Assembly: GCA_964354425.1 (NCBI GenBank)
Contig: CAYGZV010000001.1
Location: 1-59,760, forward strand
Reading direction: 5' to 3'
DNA: 59,760 bases
Origin: an uncultured Rhodoplanes sp.
GTDB taxonomy: Bacteria > Pseudomonadota > Alphaproteobacteria > Rhizobiales > Xanthobacteraceae
In this document: piece by piece, positions 50,181 to 59,119 of the stretch
Position numbering within the stretch: the stretch's first letter is position 1
Layout: each line of letters starts with the position of its first letter
The notes under the pieces: model-generated
The model's database searches: none
What the model saw: the letters and a program-made list of their open reading frames with translations, nothing else
What the model was told of the DNA's origin: nothing
Made by a program: the position numbers and the translations under genes

Positions 50181-50467
50181 AATCCACTCCTCCGGGATCT
50201 AAAGAGCAATAAAGGGAGGCTTCGTGGATCGCTCCCCTTGCTCGAAAACACGCGTTCAGCCGCCCAGTCCGAGGAAGGCGCAGCCGTCGTCATCGTCGTC
50301 GCGGCGGTAATGAAAGGATTCGCAGCGCAGGTCATTGCAACCACCGGATCAATCAAGGACACCGTGGTTGGCTGTTTGCGCGTAGCCTGAAGCGGGTCGG
50401 CGAGGACAGCGCTGTTCTCCGCGTCCTCCAGCATCTTCCGGATGCTTGCGAGCACGATCTCGCGGCC

Positions 50468-50572
50468 ATTCCAGCGTGCTCGTGCTCGGCCATCTTCTTC
50501 TCCACGCCGCCACTCTCCGCGTGCGGCTAGCGCGCGGCTTAGCGCAATGTGTCTCTTCAGGGCAACGGAAAG
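50468..50572 (-). repeat. Direct repeat copy 2 (promoter and decayed cox4 5' end)
   Basis: Minus strand TTCCGTTGCCCTGAAGAGACACATTGCGCTAAGCCGCGCGC..ATGGCCGAGCACGAGCACGCTGGAAT; one extra base in the coding part relative to copy 1. Confidence 0.8.
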
Positions 50573-50626
50573 GCGCCCGGTGAGAGCCGGATTGCGGCAG
50601 ACTCGCGAGAGAGTCCTTGCGGAAGA

Positions 50627-51997
50627 TCAAGAATGCGCGAGGGATTCCGTCAAACCCACGGAAGCGAGCGCGGCCGCCTGCCGTTCCGCCACCCGGCTGA
50701 CCGAGAACTGCTCGATCGCCTCGTTGAACAGGCGATGATAATTGAGCCGCGCCTCGAGATGCAGGAAGACGCCGCCGAGGCCGATGGCCGCGCGGTCCAT
50801 GAACACGAATTCCTGCGGCACCCGCACCGGTCCCTTCTCCTTGAGCGCGCGGTGCACGGAGAAGGCCTCGCGCCGACCATATTCGGCCGGCTTCACCCCG
50901 TCGGCGATGGTGCGCTCGCGATCCTCGATCACCGGGCCGAAGATGAAACGCGCCCAGATGTTGAGGATGTCGATCAGCTCGTTGGAGAGCCCCTTGAAGC
51001 CCCAGGCTTCGTAGGCCTGCACGACCAGGCTGCGATCATTGTTCTGCAGGCCATGGTAGAGGTCGACCACCCCGCCGACGAACTTCGGCGGAAAGATGCG
51101 GATGCAGCCGTAATCGAGCAGATTGATGCCGGCAGGCTCGCCCGCCTCCGAGAACACGGTGTAATTGCCGAGATGCGGGTCGCCGTGGATGACCCCGAAC
51201 CGGCTGAAGGGATGCCACCAGGCGCGGTAGAGCGCGCTCGCGAGCTGGTTGCGGACCTCGAGCGGCTTCTGCTTGAAGGCGAGCAGCCGCTTGCCCTCGA
51301 GCCAATCGAGCGTCAGAAGCCGCCGCGTCGACAGCTCGGGCCATGCGGTGGGGACGCGGATGACGGAGATCTGAGCGAGCATCGCCCGGTACAGCGCGAC
51401 ATGCTTGGCCTCGCGCTCGTAGTCGAGCTCCTCGCGCACGCGGGCGGCGATCTCCTTTGCGATTTCGCTCGTATCGATCGCCGGGTCCATGCGCCGGTGG
51501 ATGGCGAAAAGCCAGCCGAGTTGCTGCAGGTCCGCCTCGACGGCCGACTGCATGTCCGGATATTGGAGCTTGCAGGCGAGCGCCGCGCCATTATGCGCGC
51601 GCGCCCGATGCACCTGGCCGAGCGAAGCGGCGGCGGCCGGCACGTGCTCGAAATGCGCGAACTTTTTGGGCCAGTCCGGCCCCAGCTCGGCGGCCATCCG
51701 GCGCTTGACGAAGGCCCACCCCATCGGCGGGGCCTCGCTCTGCAGCTTGGTGAGTTCGGCGGCGTATTCCGGCGGCAGCAGGTCCGGGATTGTCGCGAGC
51801 AATTGGGCCACCTTCATGATCGGCCCTTTGAGCCCGCCGAGCGCCGCCGCGAGTTCCGCCGCGTTCCGGTCGCGATCGAGCCCGGCCCCGAAAAACCGTG
51901 TCGCGGCAAGCCGCGCGGCGACCCCGCTCATATTCGCCCCGACCCGCGCATAGCGGCGCGCACGGGCGGAAAATCGGTTCTTTTCGAGATCGGTCAT
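50627..51997 (-). CDS. AarF/ABC1/UbiB kinase-family protein
   Basis: LKGPIMKVAQ, AAASLGQVH, KLQYP, EELDY, HGDPHLGN, LDYG. Confidence 0.92.
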   Translation of the reverse strand: MTDLEKNRFSARARRYARVGANMSGVAARLAATRFFGAGLDRDRNAAELAAALGGLKGPIMKVAQLLATIPDLLPPEYAAELTKLQSEAPPMGWAFVKRRMAAELGPDWPKKFAHFEHVPAAAASLGQVHRARAHNGAALACKLQYPDMQSAVEADLQQLGWLFAIHRRMDPAIDTSEIAKEIAARVREELDYEREAKHVALYRAMLAQISVIRVPTAWPELSTRRLLTLDWLEGKRLLAFKQKPLEVRNQLASALYRAWWHPFSRFGVIHGDPHLGNYTVFSEAGEPAGINLLDYGCIRIFPPKFVGGVVDLYHGLQNNDRSLVVQAYEAWGFKGLSNELIDILNIWARFIFGPVIEDRERTIADGVKPAEYGRREAFSVHRALKEKGPVRVPQEFVFMDRAAIGLGGVFLHLEARLNYHRLFNEAIEQFSVSRVAERQAAALASVGLTESLAHS

Positions 51998-52197
51998 CGT
52001 GACCTGAGACGTTCCGGTTGTCGGCCCCGCCGAACCGGCCTGTCAGCTCCGTTGCGGCCTTGCCGATATAGGAGTGAACAACAATCCCCGCCACTCGTTG
52101 CCGCGCCGCCGGTCGCAAGAACACCGACCGCGATCGAGGCGAGCGCTCGAAATCGGAGAAAATTCGATCGGGCTGCGCGCCGCCGGTCCTCCCCGCA

Positions 52198-53358
52198 TCA
52201 CGGATGCGGCTGCGGCTCCTGCTCGGTCGGCGCCGGGACCATGGGCTCGACATGCTCCGGCCGGTCGAGCCACGCGACGATCTCCGGCCAGAAGCAGGTG
52301 AGCGTGTCGCGCCCCATGAACAGGCCGAGATGGCTCGAGGGCGCGATGAGGGTCTTGAGCTCGTCGGGGCGCGTCCCGACCAGATTCGCCGCCGACATGA
52401 CTTGCGGCGGCGCGATGATCTGGTCCTCGCTTCCTGCGAGCAGCAGCAGCGGCAGCTTGAGCTCCGCGAGGTCGATCTGCCGCCCGAGCGCAAAGAAGGT
52501 GCCCTGCGCGAGCCGGTTCTCCTTGTAGAGCCACTGCACCACTTCGAGGTAGTAGATCCCCGGCAGATCGACCGTCCAATCGTACCACCTGCGGAATCGC
52601 TCGTGCAGTTCGCTCTCCTCGGGCGACAGCGGCGCGGCGGGTTGCGCCGCGATCTGAAGTTCCCGGCGGATGGCGGCCTTTTCGCTCGGGGCAGGCCCCC
52701 AGAGATCGAGCATCATCTGGCCGAGCAGCCGCCCGTCCCCCACCTTCAACAGCTCGGCGAACAGGGTCATCGGGGTGCGGTTGGCGAGCCGCGACAGGCC
52801 CGAATCGGCGGCTGTGAGGTCGAGCGGGGCGCCCGCGATCACCAGCCGACGCACCTTCGCAGGGAAGCGGGCGGCGTAGAGCAGCGCCATCCACCCGCCC
52901 TGGCACAAGCCGATGAGGTCGACCGGCCCGCCGAACTCGTCGACCGCGACATTGAGGTCGGCGAGCAATGTGTCGATGCAGTACAGGCGCATCTGCGGCG
53001 TCGCCGAGCGCCATTCGACGGCGTGGAGGTTGACCCGTCCCTGCGCCTGCAGGACCTCGATCAGGCTGTGGCCGGGCGCGAAATCGGCCACCGTTGCGCC
53101 GTGCAGGGCGTAAGGGGCGCAGATCAGCGTCGGCACACCCGGTCTGCCGGCGGAAAAATCACGCAGCTGCAGGGTCGGGAGCTCCAGCGTCACGCTATTC
53201 GGCGTCGCCCATTCCGGCCGCGGGACCTCCGGACGCATGGCGGCGTCCCCTGCCGTCATCCGCGCCATCTGGTGCACGAAGGCGGAGGTCGCCTCGCTTG
53301 CGGACATCGCCGCCATCATCGGCCAGAAGAGCGCCGACCCGAATGGCAAATGCGCCAT
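52198..53358 (-). CDS. PHB depolymerase/PHA synthase-like alpha/beta hydrolase
   Basis: PEWATPN, APYALHGATVADF, GLCQGG (Cys lipase box), AGSED, HLGLFMG. Start uncertain (53358 or 53394). Confidence 0.8.
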   Translation of the reverse strand: MAHLPFGSALFWPMMAAMSASEATSAFVHQMARMTAGDAAMRPEVPRPEWATPNSVTLELPTLQLRDFSAGRPGVPTLICAPYALHGATVADFAPGHSLIEVLQAQGRVNLHAVEWRSATPQMRLYCIDTLLADLNVAVDEFGGPVDLIGLCQGGWMALLYAARFPAKVRRLVIAGAPLDLTAADSGLSRLANRTPMTLFAELLKVGDGRLLGQMMLDLWGPAPSEKAAIRRELQIAAQPAAPLSPEESELHERFRRWYDWTVDLPGIYYLEVVQWLYKENRLAQGTFFALGRQIDLAELKLPLLLLAGSEDQIIAPPQVMSAANLVGTRPDELKTLIAPSSHLGLFMGRDTLTCFWPEIVAWLDRPEHVEPMVPAPTEQEPQPHP

Positions 53359-53611
53359 GCGCCACCTTTGATTCGATCGGTGTCGGTCGTTCATAACGCT
53401 CCGACACGGCTTCGGTTGCGACATTCGTCAGCGCGAATGGCGCGCGCCTGTGGCGGCTGAAAGCGAGCAAGCCGCAGCGCAGCGCGGCGCCCGGATGCGG
53501 ACTCCGGCGCTGCCTGACACTTATGCGTTTCGACCGAGCGCCTCAAGCGTGTTAGGCGCCCTTTACACAGTCGTGTGGCCAGGGCCGCGGTTGGCTGGAG
53601 TCAAGGATCGC

Positions 53612-54013
53612 CTAGTTTTCGATCGCTGATGTCTCATTCAGCGTCGCATGTACCTGGCGGATCAAGCCTGACATGTCGGCGGCCGAGACAAAAGGAACAG
53701 ACCTAATATGCAGGATGTCAGAGGCGTTCTTTACGACGGCAACAACAGGTTTCTTCAGACCCTCCGCCACCCCTGCCTCGAAAAACACGTTGTTGCTGCC
53801 GGCTGCTCCCTCCGGAGGAACGATAAAGACCATCAGATCCGAATCGGTGATCGCGGATTTGACCGCCTCTGCCCAGCGATCGCCTGCCCGCAGTTCGGTA
53901 TCCGATCTGTTGACCGTGAGGCCTGCATCGTTCAACGATTTTGTGACCTGATCAGCAAGTTCGCGGTCGCCCCATGCGAACGACATGAAAACCGACGGAT
54001 GTGGTCCCATCAC
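53612..54013 (-). CDS. Stand-alone TIR-domain protein
   Basis: VFMSFAWGD, AGDRWAEAVKSAITDSD, SNNVFFEAGVA (putative catalytic Glu), KPVVAV; AAGGAG RBS; overlaps the upstream stop. Confidence 0.85.
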   Translation of the reverse strand: MMGPHPSVFMSFAWGDRELADQVTKSLNDAGLTVNRSDTELRAGDRWAEAVKSAITDSDLMVFIVPPEGAAGSNNVFFEAGVAEGLKKPVVAVVKNASDILHIRSVPFVSAADMSGLIRQVHATLNETSAIEN

Positions 54014-54420
54014 GACGACGCTCCTTTCACGCGGACGGCCAGTTCATCGATATAGTCATCGAAATCGTCCAGCAGAACAGCGTTGCGTGAAGTGAGACAT
54101 GCACGACCGCCTTTATCGACATCAATCTCCGCCAAAGAGACTCCGTAAAGAACGGCGACAATTCGCATGTTGAGAATCCAAGCTGCGCCGATCTCGTTCC
54201 AAACCCAGTTTCTCGTCACCGACCATGGAGTCAGCAGCGCCACCAGCTCTTTGCATTTCGGAAGTTCCTCGAAGATGCGCTCTTCAATGCGGTCCCCCTT
54301 GTTGACATCAAAAATGTCTATGAATGGCTCAGCCTGCGCGTCTTCGCGAACGGCCCGGGCGAGCTGTTTTGCAACCCACCGGTCGTGCCAGCCATGGGAA
54401 ATGAATACGCGATAGGCCAT
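54010..54420 (-). CDS. Stand-alone TIR-domain protein
   Basis: RVFISHGWHD, FID..GDRIEERI, LLTPWS, WVWNEIGAAW (putative catalytic Glu), IVAVLYG. Confidence 0.9.
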   Translation of the reverse strand: MAYRVFISHGWHDRWVAKQLARAVREDAQAEPFIDIFDVNKGDRIEERIFEELPKCKELVALLTPWSVTRNWVWNEIGAAWILNMRIVAVLYGVSLAEIDVDKGGRACLTSRNAVLLDDFDDYIDELAVRVKGASS

Positions 54421-54423
54421 AGT

Positions 54424-56289
54424 TCATAGAGATTGCTCCATCCCCTCCAGTTCTTCAATCATTCGCTCGATAAGGCTCAACCCGCCCTGCCAGAAGCCGG
54501 GATCGCGGGCGTCGAGCCCAAAGGGCTGAAGCAGCTCGGCATGCGTCTTGGTTCCGCCCGCGGCGAGCATGGCGAGATAGCGCTCGGCGAAGCCCTCATG
54601 CGCGTTCTCATAGACGGCATAGAGCGCGTTCACGAGGCAATCGCCGAACGCATAGGCGTAGACATAGAACGGCGCATGGATGAAGTGGCCGATATAGCAC
54701 CAGAACGTCTCGTAACCCGGTCTCAGCTCGATCGCCGGCCCGAGGCTCTCCCCTTGTTCCTTGAGCCAGATTTCGCCGATCCGCTCGGCCGTCAGTTCGC
54801 CCTCGCGCCGCTCGCTATGGATCATCCGCTCGATGGTGTAGAACGCGATCTGGCGCACTACGGTGTTGAGCATGTCCTCGACCTTGGAGGCGAGCATCGC
54901 CCGGCGGCGCCTGACATCCTTGGTCGCGGCGAGCAGGCGCCGGAAGGTGAGCATCTCGCCGAACACGCTCGCGGTTTCCGCGAGCGTGAGCGGGGTCGGC
55001 GCCATCAGCGGCCCGTTCGCCGCGGCAAGCACCTGATGCACGCCGTGGCCGAGTTCGTGGGCGAGCGTCATCACGTCGCGCGGCTTGCCCTGGTAATTGA
55101 CGAGCACATAAGGGTGCGCCGACGGCACGGTCGGGTGCGAAAAAGCGCCCGGCGCCTTGCCCGGGCGCACCGGCGCATCGATCCAGCGATCGGCGAAGAA
55201 GCGCTCGGCGATCTCGGCCATGCGCGGCGAGAACGCGCCATAGGCGCCGAGCACGGCTTCGCGCGCCTCCTCCCAGGGAATGGCGCGGCTCGGCGCCTGC
55301 GGCAGCGGCGCATTGCGGTCCCAATGGGCGAGCCGCCGCTTGCCGAACCAGCGCGCCTTCAGCGCGTAATAGCGATGCGACAGGCGCGGATAGGCGGCGC
55401 GGACCGCCGTCACCAGCGCCTCGACGATCTCGCGCTCGACCCGGTTCGACAGATGACGGGAATCGGCCATATCGGCAAAGCCGCGCCAGCGGTCGGAAAT
55501 CTCCTTGTCCTTGGCGAGCGTGTTGGTGATGAGCGTGAAGGTGCGAAGATTCTTCTTGAAGGTCTCCGCCAAAGCGCCTGCCGCCGCCCTGCGGGTTCGC
55601 TCCTCCTTGTCCTGCATCAGATTGAGCGTCGGCTCGAGCGGCAGCATCTTCCCGCCCACCTTGAAGCGCAGGCCGGCGATGGTCTCGTCGAACAACCGGT
55701 TCCACGCCGAATAGCCGGTGACCGATTTCTCGTGGAAGAGCTGCTCGACGCGATCTTCGAGCTGATAGGGCTTCTCCAGGCGAACGACCTCGATGAAGGG
55801 GCGGTAATGCGCTAGTTCCGGATCGCCCAGCGCCGCTTCGAGGATGTCTTTGTCGATGCGGTTGAGCTCAAGCGTGAAGAACAACAGGTGCAACGAAATG
55901 GCGGTGAGCTCGTCCTGCACGTCGCCGAAAAACTTGGTGCGCGCCGGGTCGGTCGTGTCGCCGGCATGGACAAGGCTCGCGAACGACATCAGCCGGCCGA
56001 TCAGATCGTCAAGCGCCTCGAATTGTTTGATCGCCTCGGTCAACAGCCGTCCCGCATCCGGCTGCTGCGCAAGCGCGAAGAGGCGGCCTTTGTAAGCCGT
56101 TTCAAAGGTGACGGCCTCGGCACGGGCGAGATCGAGGTCGCGCCGGATCTCGGGCGCATCGATCGCCGGGTACAGGTCGGCGAGATTCCATTCCGGCAAC
56201 GCCTTGCGGGTGGACGCGGTGCGCTTGGCGGCGGCGCGCCGCGCGGGCGGCTTCGCCTTGGGACGAGATCGCGGTGAACGAGTGAGCAT
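54424..56289 (-). CDS. pepF: M3B oligoendopeptidase F
   Basis: LPEWNLADLY, GKAPGAFS, TLAHELGH, AETASVFGE, HFIHAPFYVYAYAFG. Confidence 0.93.
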   Translation of the reverse strand: MLTRSPRSRPKAKPPARRAAAKRTASTRKALPEWNLADLYPAIDAPEIRRDLDLARAEAVTFETAYKGRLFALAQQPDAGRLLTEAIKQFEALDDLIGRLMSFASLVHAGDTTDPARTKFFGDVQDELTAISLHLLFFTLELNRIDKDILEAALGDPELAHYRPFIEVVRLEKPYQLEDRVEQLFHEKSVTGYSAWNRLFDETIAGLRFKVGGKMLPLEPTLNLMQDKEERTRRAAAGALAETFKKNLRTFTLITNTLAKDKEISDRWRGFADMADSRHLSNRVEREIVEALVTAVRAAYPRLSHRYYALKARWFGKRRLAHWDRNAPLPQAPSRAIPWEEAREAVLGAYGAFSPRMAEIAERFFADRWIDAPVRPGKAPGAFSHPTVPSAHPYVLVNYQGKPRDVMTLAHELGHGVHQVLAAANGPLMAPTPLTLAETASVFGEMLTFRRLLAATKDVRRRRAMLASKVEDMLNTVVRQIAFYTIERMIHSERREGELTAERIGEIWLKEQGESLGPAIELRPGYETFWCYIGHFIHAPFYVYAYAFGDCLVNALYAVYENAHEGFAERYLAMLAAGGTKTHAELLQPFGLDARDPGFWQGGLSLIERMIEELEGMEQSL

Positions 56290-56505
56290 GCGGGGACCGG
56301 CTCCGATGATTGTCCGACCAGCCTATGCGGCCGCGCCGTGGCAAAGCGATGGCGGCTTCTATCGTTCCCCTCTCGCACCGAACCGCCGAATTGCTCCAGC
56401 GCCGAGGGTCGCCCTGGTAAGGGCCGCGGCCCGGTAAGGGCCCGTTAAGCATGACCGGCTAAATGACATCGTTCTTTCTTGGGTTTTTGCAAGCTCGGTG
56501 TCGCC

Positions 56506-56883
56506 GTGACGGAACGGGTGCTCATCGCCGAGGACGGCCCGGTCCAGCGCCGCCGGGTCGCGCTCATGGTCGCGGAGCCGGGCTATGCGCCGACGGCCGG
56601 CGCAAGACCGGAGCGCACCGAGCCGCCGGGCGGCGGCGCCGCCCCCGATCCCCGGACGCCGCCTGCGCGCGAACCCCTTCTGCCTTTGTTCGCGGACGAC
56701 GGACAGCTTCGCCCTCTCGCCGAGATCGGGGCCAGCGCGATTCGCTTCGCGCCGGCTGGCGCGCTATTCGCCGCGGCCGCGCCTAAGCGCGGCATCCGCA
56801 CTCCGGCCCTCCACCGGAAACTGGAGACGTTCGGAATAGCGCTTTTGGCCCCTCGTGATGCTTTGAGCGTGGCCGTCCGGTGA
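56506..56883 (+). pseudogene. Relic of a sigma54-dependent (NtrC-like) response regulator
   Basis: Decayed REC start VLIAEDGPVQRR..MV..GY joined to a C-terminal LFADDGQLRPLAEI..AIRFA..GI..ALHRKL (Fis-HTH-like); AAA+ core absent. Confidence 0.7.
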
Positions 56884-56944
56884 CAGGAACCTGGAAAAGC
56901 GACAGCGCGACGGCCGCGACCCGGCGAAAGGCTAAGCCCGGCCG

Positions 56945-56959
56945 TTATCCTTGGGTTAA
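56945..56959. promoter_or_regulatory. CtrA-like box upstream of the L,D-transpeptidase
   Basis: TTAT-CCTTGGG-TTAA, one mismatch to TTAA-N7-TTAA. Confidence 0.45.
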
Positions 56960-57085
56960 GCTTTCGGCGGGTGGCTGCCTTGGTGAGAAAGACCAACCGC
57001 GGCTGTGGTGTGTCTTCGCTACGGTGGGTCTTGTCCTGACACGACTGGCCGCTGCTTCAAATCTTGCCTTGGGAGGACATGGGGG

Positions 57086-59119
57086 ATGCGCTTCGATCGT
57101 CTCCTGGCCGGTTCGGCCATTGCGCTCGTTCTTACGATGGGCGTATCCGCACATGCAGGCCTGACTGGCGACGTCGCCACGGACGGCGTCCCGCCACCCG
57201 AGCCGGCCGCGGTCAGCATCACGCCAAACGACATCGACCGCGCCGATCCGGGTGCGCCGCTGCCGGCCGAGGCGGTTGCGGTTCCAAGGGCGGAGCCAAG
57301 CGAGAGCCTGGCCCTTCCCGTGCCTTTCCCGGCCGAAGTCATTATTGCTCCTTCCGATATCGGCGTCGACAAGATGCGCCCGACCGCTTCCGAGCCGGCC
57401 CGGGCGGCAATTCCGATCCCGGAGCCGGCCGAGGTGACCATCACGCCCGCCGACCGCGCGGCGACCCCGGAACTGCGTCCCACCGCCACGACGCCCACCG
57501 CCACGACGCCCGCCGAGACGGCGCCGGTGATGGCGCTCGACCCGTTCGGGGAACGGCTGCGTGATTCTCTTGCCGCGAAGGCGACGGATCGCCTGTTCGA
57601 CAGCAAGACGCGCGCTTCGCTCGATACATTCTATTCGGCGCGCAACTATGCGCCGCTGTGGACAGAAAAGGGCGCGATGCACCAACGCGCGAAGGCGGTC
57701 ATCGCACAGCTTCGCTCAGCGGACGCGGACGGATTGGACCCGGCCGATTACGCCGTCCCGAAGCTCGAGGCGGACGCCGGACCCGACGCGCTCGCCGATT
57801 TCGAGCTGAAACTCAACAGCGCGGTGCTGGCTTACGCCCGCCATGCCGCGGTCGGCCGCGTGCATTGGTCGCGCGTCGCGCGCGACATTTTCTATGAGCA
57901 GCCCGCGCCCGAAGCGGCCGACGTGCTTGGCAAACTGGAGACGGCGTCCGACGCACGCGCGGCGCTCGACGGCTACCTTCCGCAGCACGCCGCCTACAAA
58001 GCCCTGAAGGCGAAGCTTGCCGAGGTCCGAGGTCACAAAGGCGGCGTCGCGCATGCGCGCGTGAGCTATGGGCCGACGCTGAAGATCGGCATGCAGGACG
58101 AGCGCGTGCCCGAGCTGCGCGAGCGACTTGGCGTCACCGGCGCGGCCGGAAACACCACCTACGACAAGGCGCTGGCCGACGCCGTTAAGGAATTCCAGAA
58201 GCAGAAAGGGATCGCGGTCAGCGGGAACTTCACCGCCGCCACCGTCGACGCCATGAACGGCCCGCGCAATGACCGCGCAGCCGACCTGATTCTGGCCAAT
58301 CTCGAGCGGTGGCGCTGGATCGCGCACGATCTCGGGCCGGCGCATGTCGTCGTGAACATCCCCGAATTCATGCTGCGCGTCTACAACAAGGACGCGGTCC
58401 TGTGGTCCACGCGGATCGTGGTCGGCAAGCCATCGACCCCGACGCCGCTCCTCAGCGAGACGATCAAGTTCATCACCGTCAATCCGACCTGGAATGTTCC
58501 GCCGTCGATCGTCTACGGCGAATATCTTCCGGCGCTGCAGCAGGATCCGACGGTGCTCGCCCGCATGGGCCTGCGCGTCTCCTACAATCGCAATGGCGGA
58601 GTGCATATTTCGCAGCCGCCCGGCGCCGGCAACGCGCTCGGCCGCATCCGCTTCAACTTCCCCAACAAGTTCCTCGTCTACCAGCACGACACGCCGGACA
58701 AACACATGTTCGCGCATGAGCGTCGCGCTTACAGCCACGGATGCATGCGCATCCAGGATCCGGACAAATACGCCGAAACGCTGCTCTCGATCGCCTTGCC
58801 GAAAGAGGGCTACACCGCGGACCGGATTCGGCGGATGTACGGAAGCGGCGAGGTCGACATCAAATTCCCGACGCCGATCCCGGTGCACCTCACCTATCAG
58901 ACCGCATTCGTCGACGGCTCGGGCAAGCTCGTGCTGCGCGACGACGTCTATGGCCGGGATGCGCGCGTGATCGCGGCGTTGAAGACGGACGAACGCAGAG
59001 TTGCGGACATGCCGGCGGCGCCGGTCGCCCGCGCGGCCGCGCCCGGAGCGCGCCGGCAGGTGTCGCGCATGCCGCCGCAGCAATCGGGCGGGTTCAGCTT
59101 CTTCGGTCTGTTCCGCTGA
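57086..59119 (+). CDS. L,D-transpeptidase (YcbB/LdtD-like) with peptidoglycan-binding domain
   Basis: Signal peptide, FYSARNYAPLW, NLERWRW, VNIPEF, NPTWNVP, HDTP..SHGCMR catalytic motif, DVYGRD. Confidence 0.93.
   Translation: MRFDRLLAGSAIALVLTMGVSAHAGLTGDVATDGVPPPEPAAVSITPNDIDRADPGAPLPAEAVAVPRAEPSESLALPVPFPAEVIIAPSDIGVDKMRPTASEPARAAIPIPEPAEVTITPADRAATPELRPTATTPTATTPAETAPVMALDPFGERLRDSLAAKATDRLFDSKTRASLDTFYSARNYAPLWTEKGAMHQRAKAVIAQLRSADADGLDPADYAVPKLEADAGPDALADFELKLNSAVLAYARHAAVGRVHWSRVARDIFYEQPAPEAADVLGKLETASDARAALDGYLPQHAAYKALKAKLAEVRGHKGGVAHARVSYGPTLKIGMQDERVPELRERLGVTGAAGNTTYDKALADAVKEFQKQKGIAVSGNFTAATVDAMNGPRNDRAADLILANLERWRWIAHDLGPAHVVVNIPEFMLRVYNKDAVLWSTRIVVGKPSTPTPLLSETIKFITVNPTWNVPPSIVYGEYLPALQQDPTVLARMGLRVSYNRNGGVHISQPPGAGNALGRIRFNFPNKFLVYQHDTPDKHMFAHERRAYSHGCMRIQDPDKYAETLLSIALPKEGYTADRIRRMYGSGEVDIKFPTPIPVHLTYQTAFVDGSGKLVLRDDVYGRDARVIAALKTDERRVADMPAAPVARAAAPGARRQVSRMPPQQSGGFSFFGLFR

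Noticed and set aside
53612-54420. Complete Thoeris or CBASS system
   Set aside because: No ThsA-type effector, cyclase or other recognised partner in the window; the neighbours are pepF and a PHA hydrolase.
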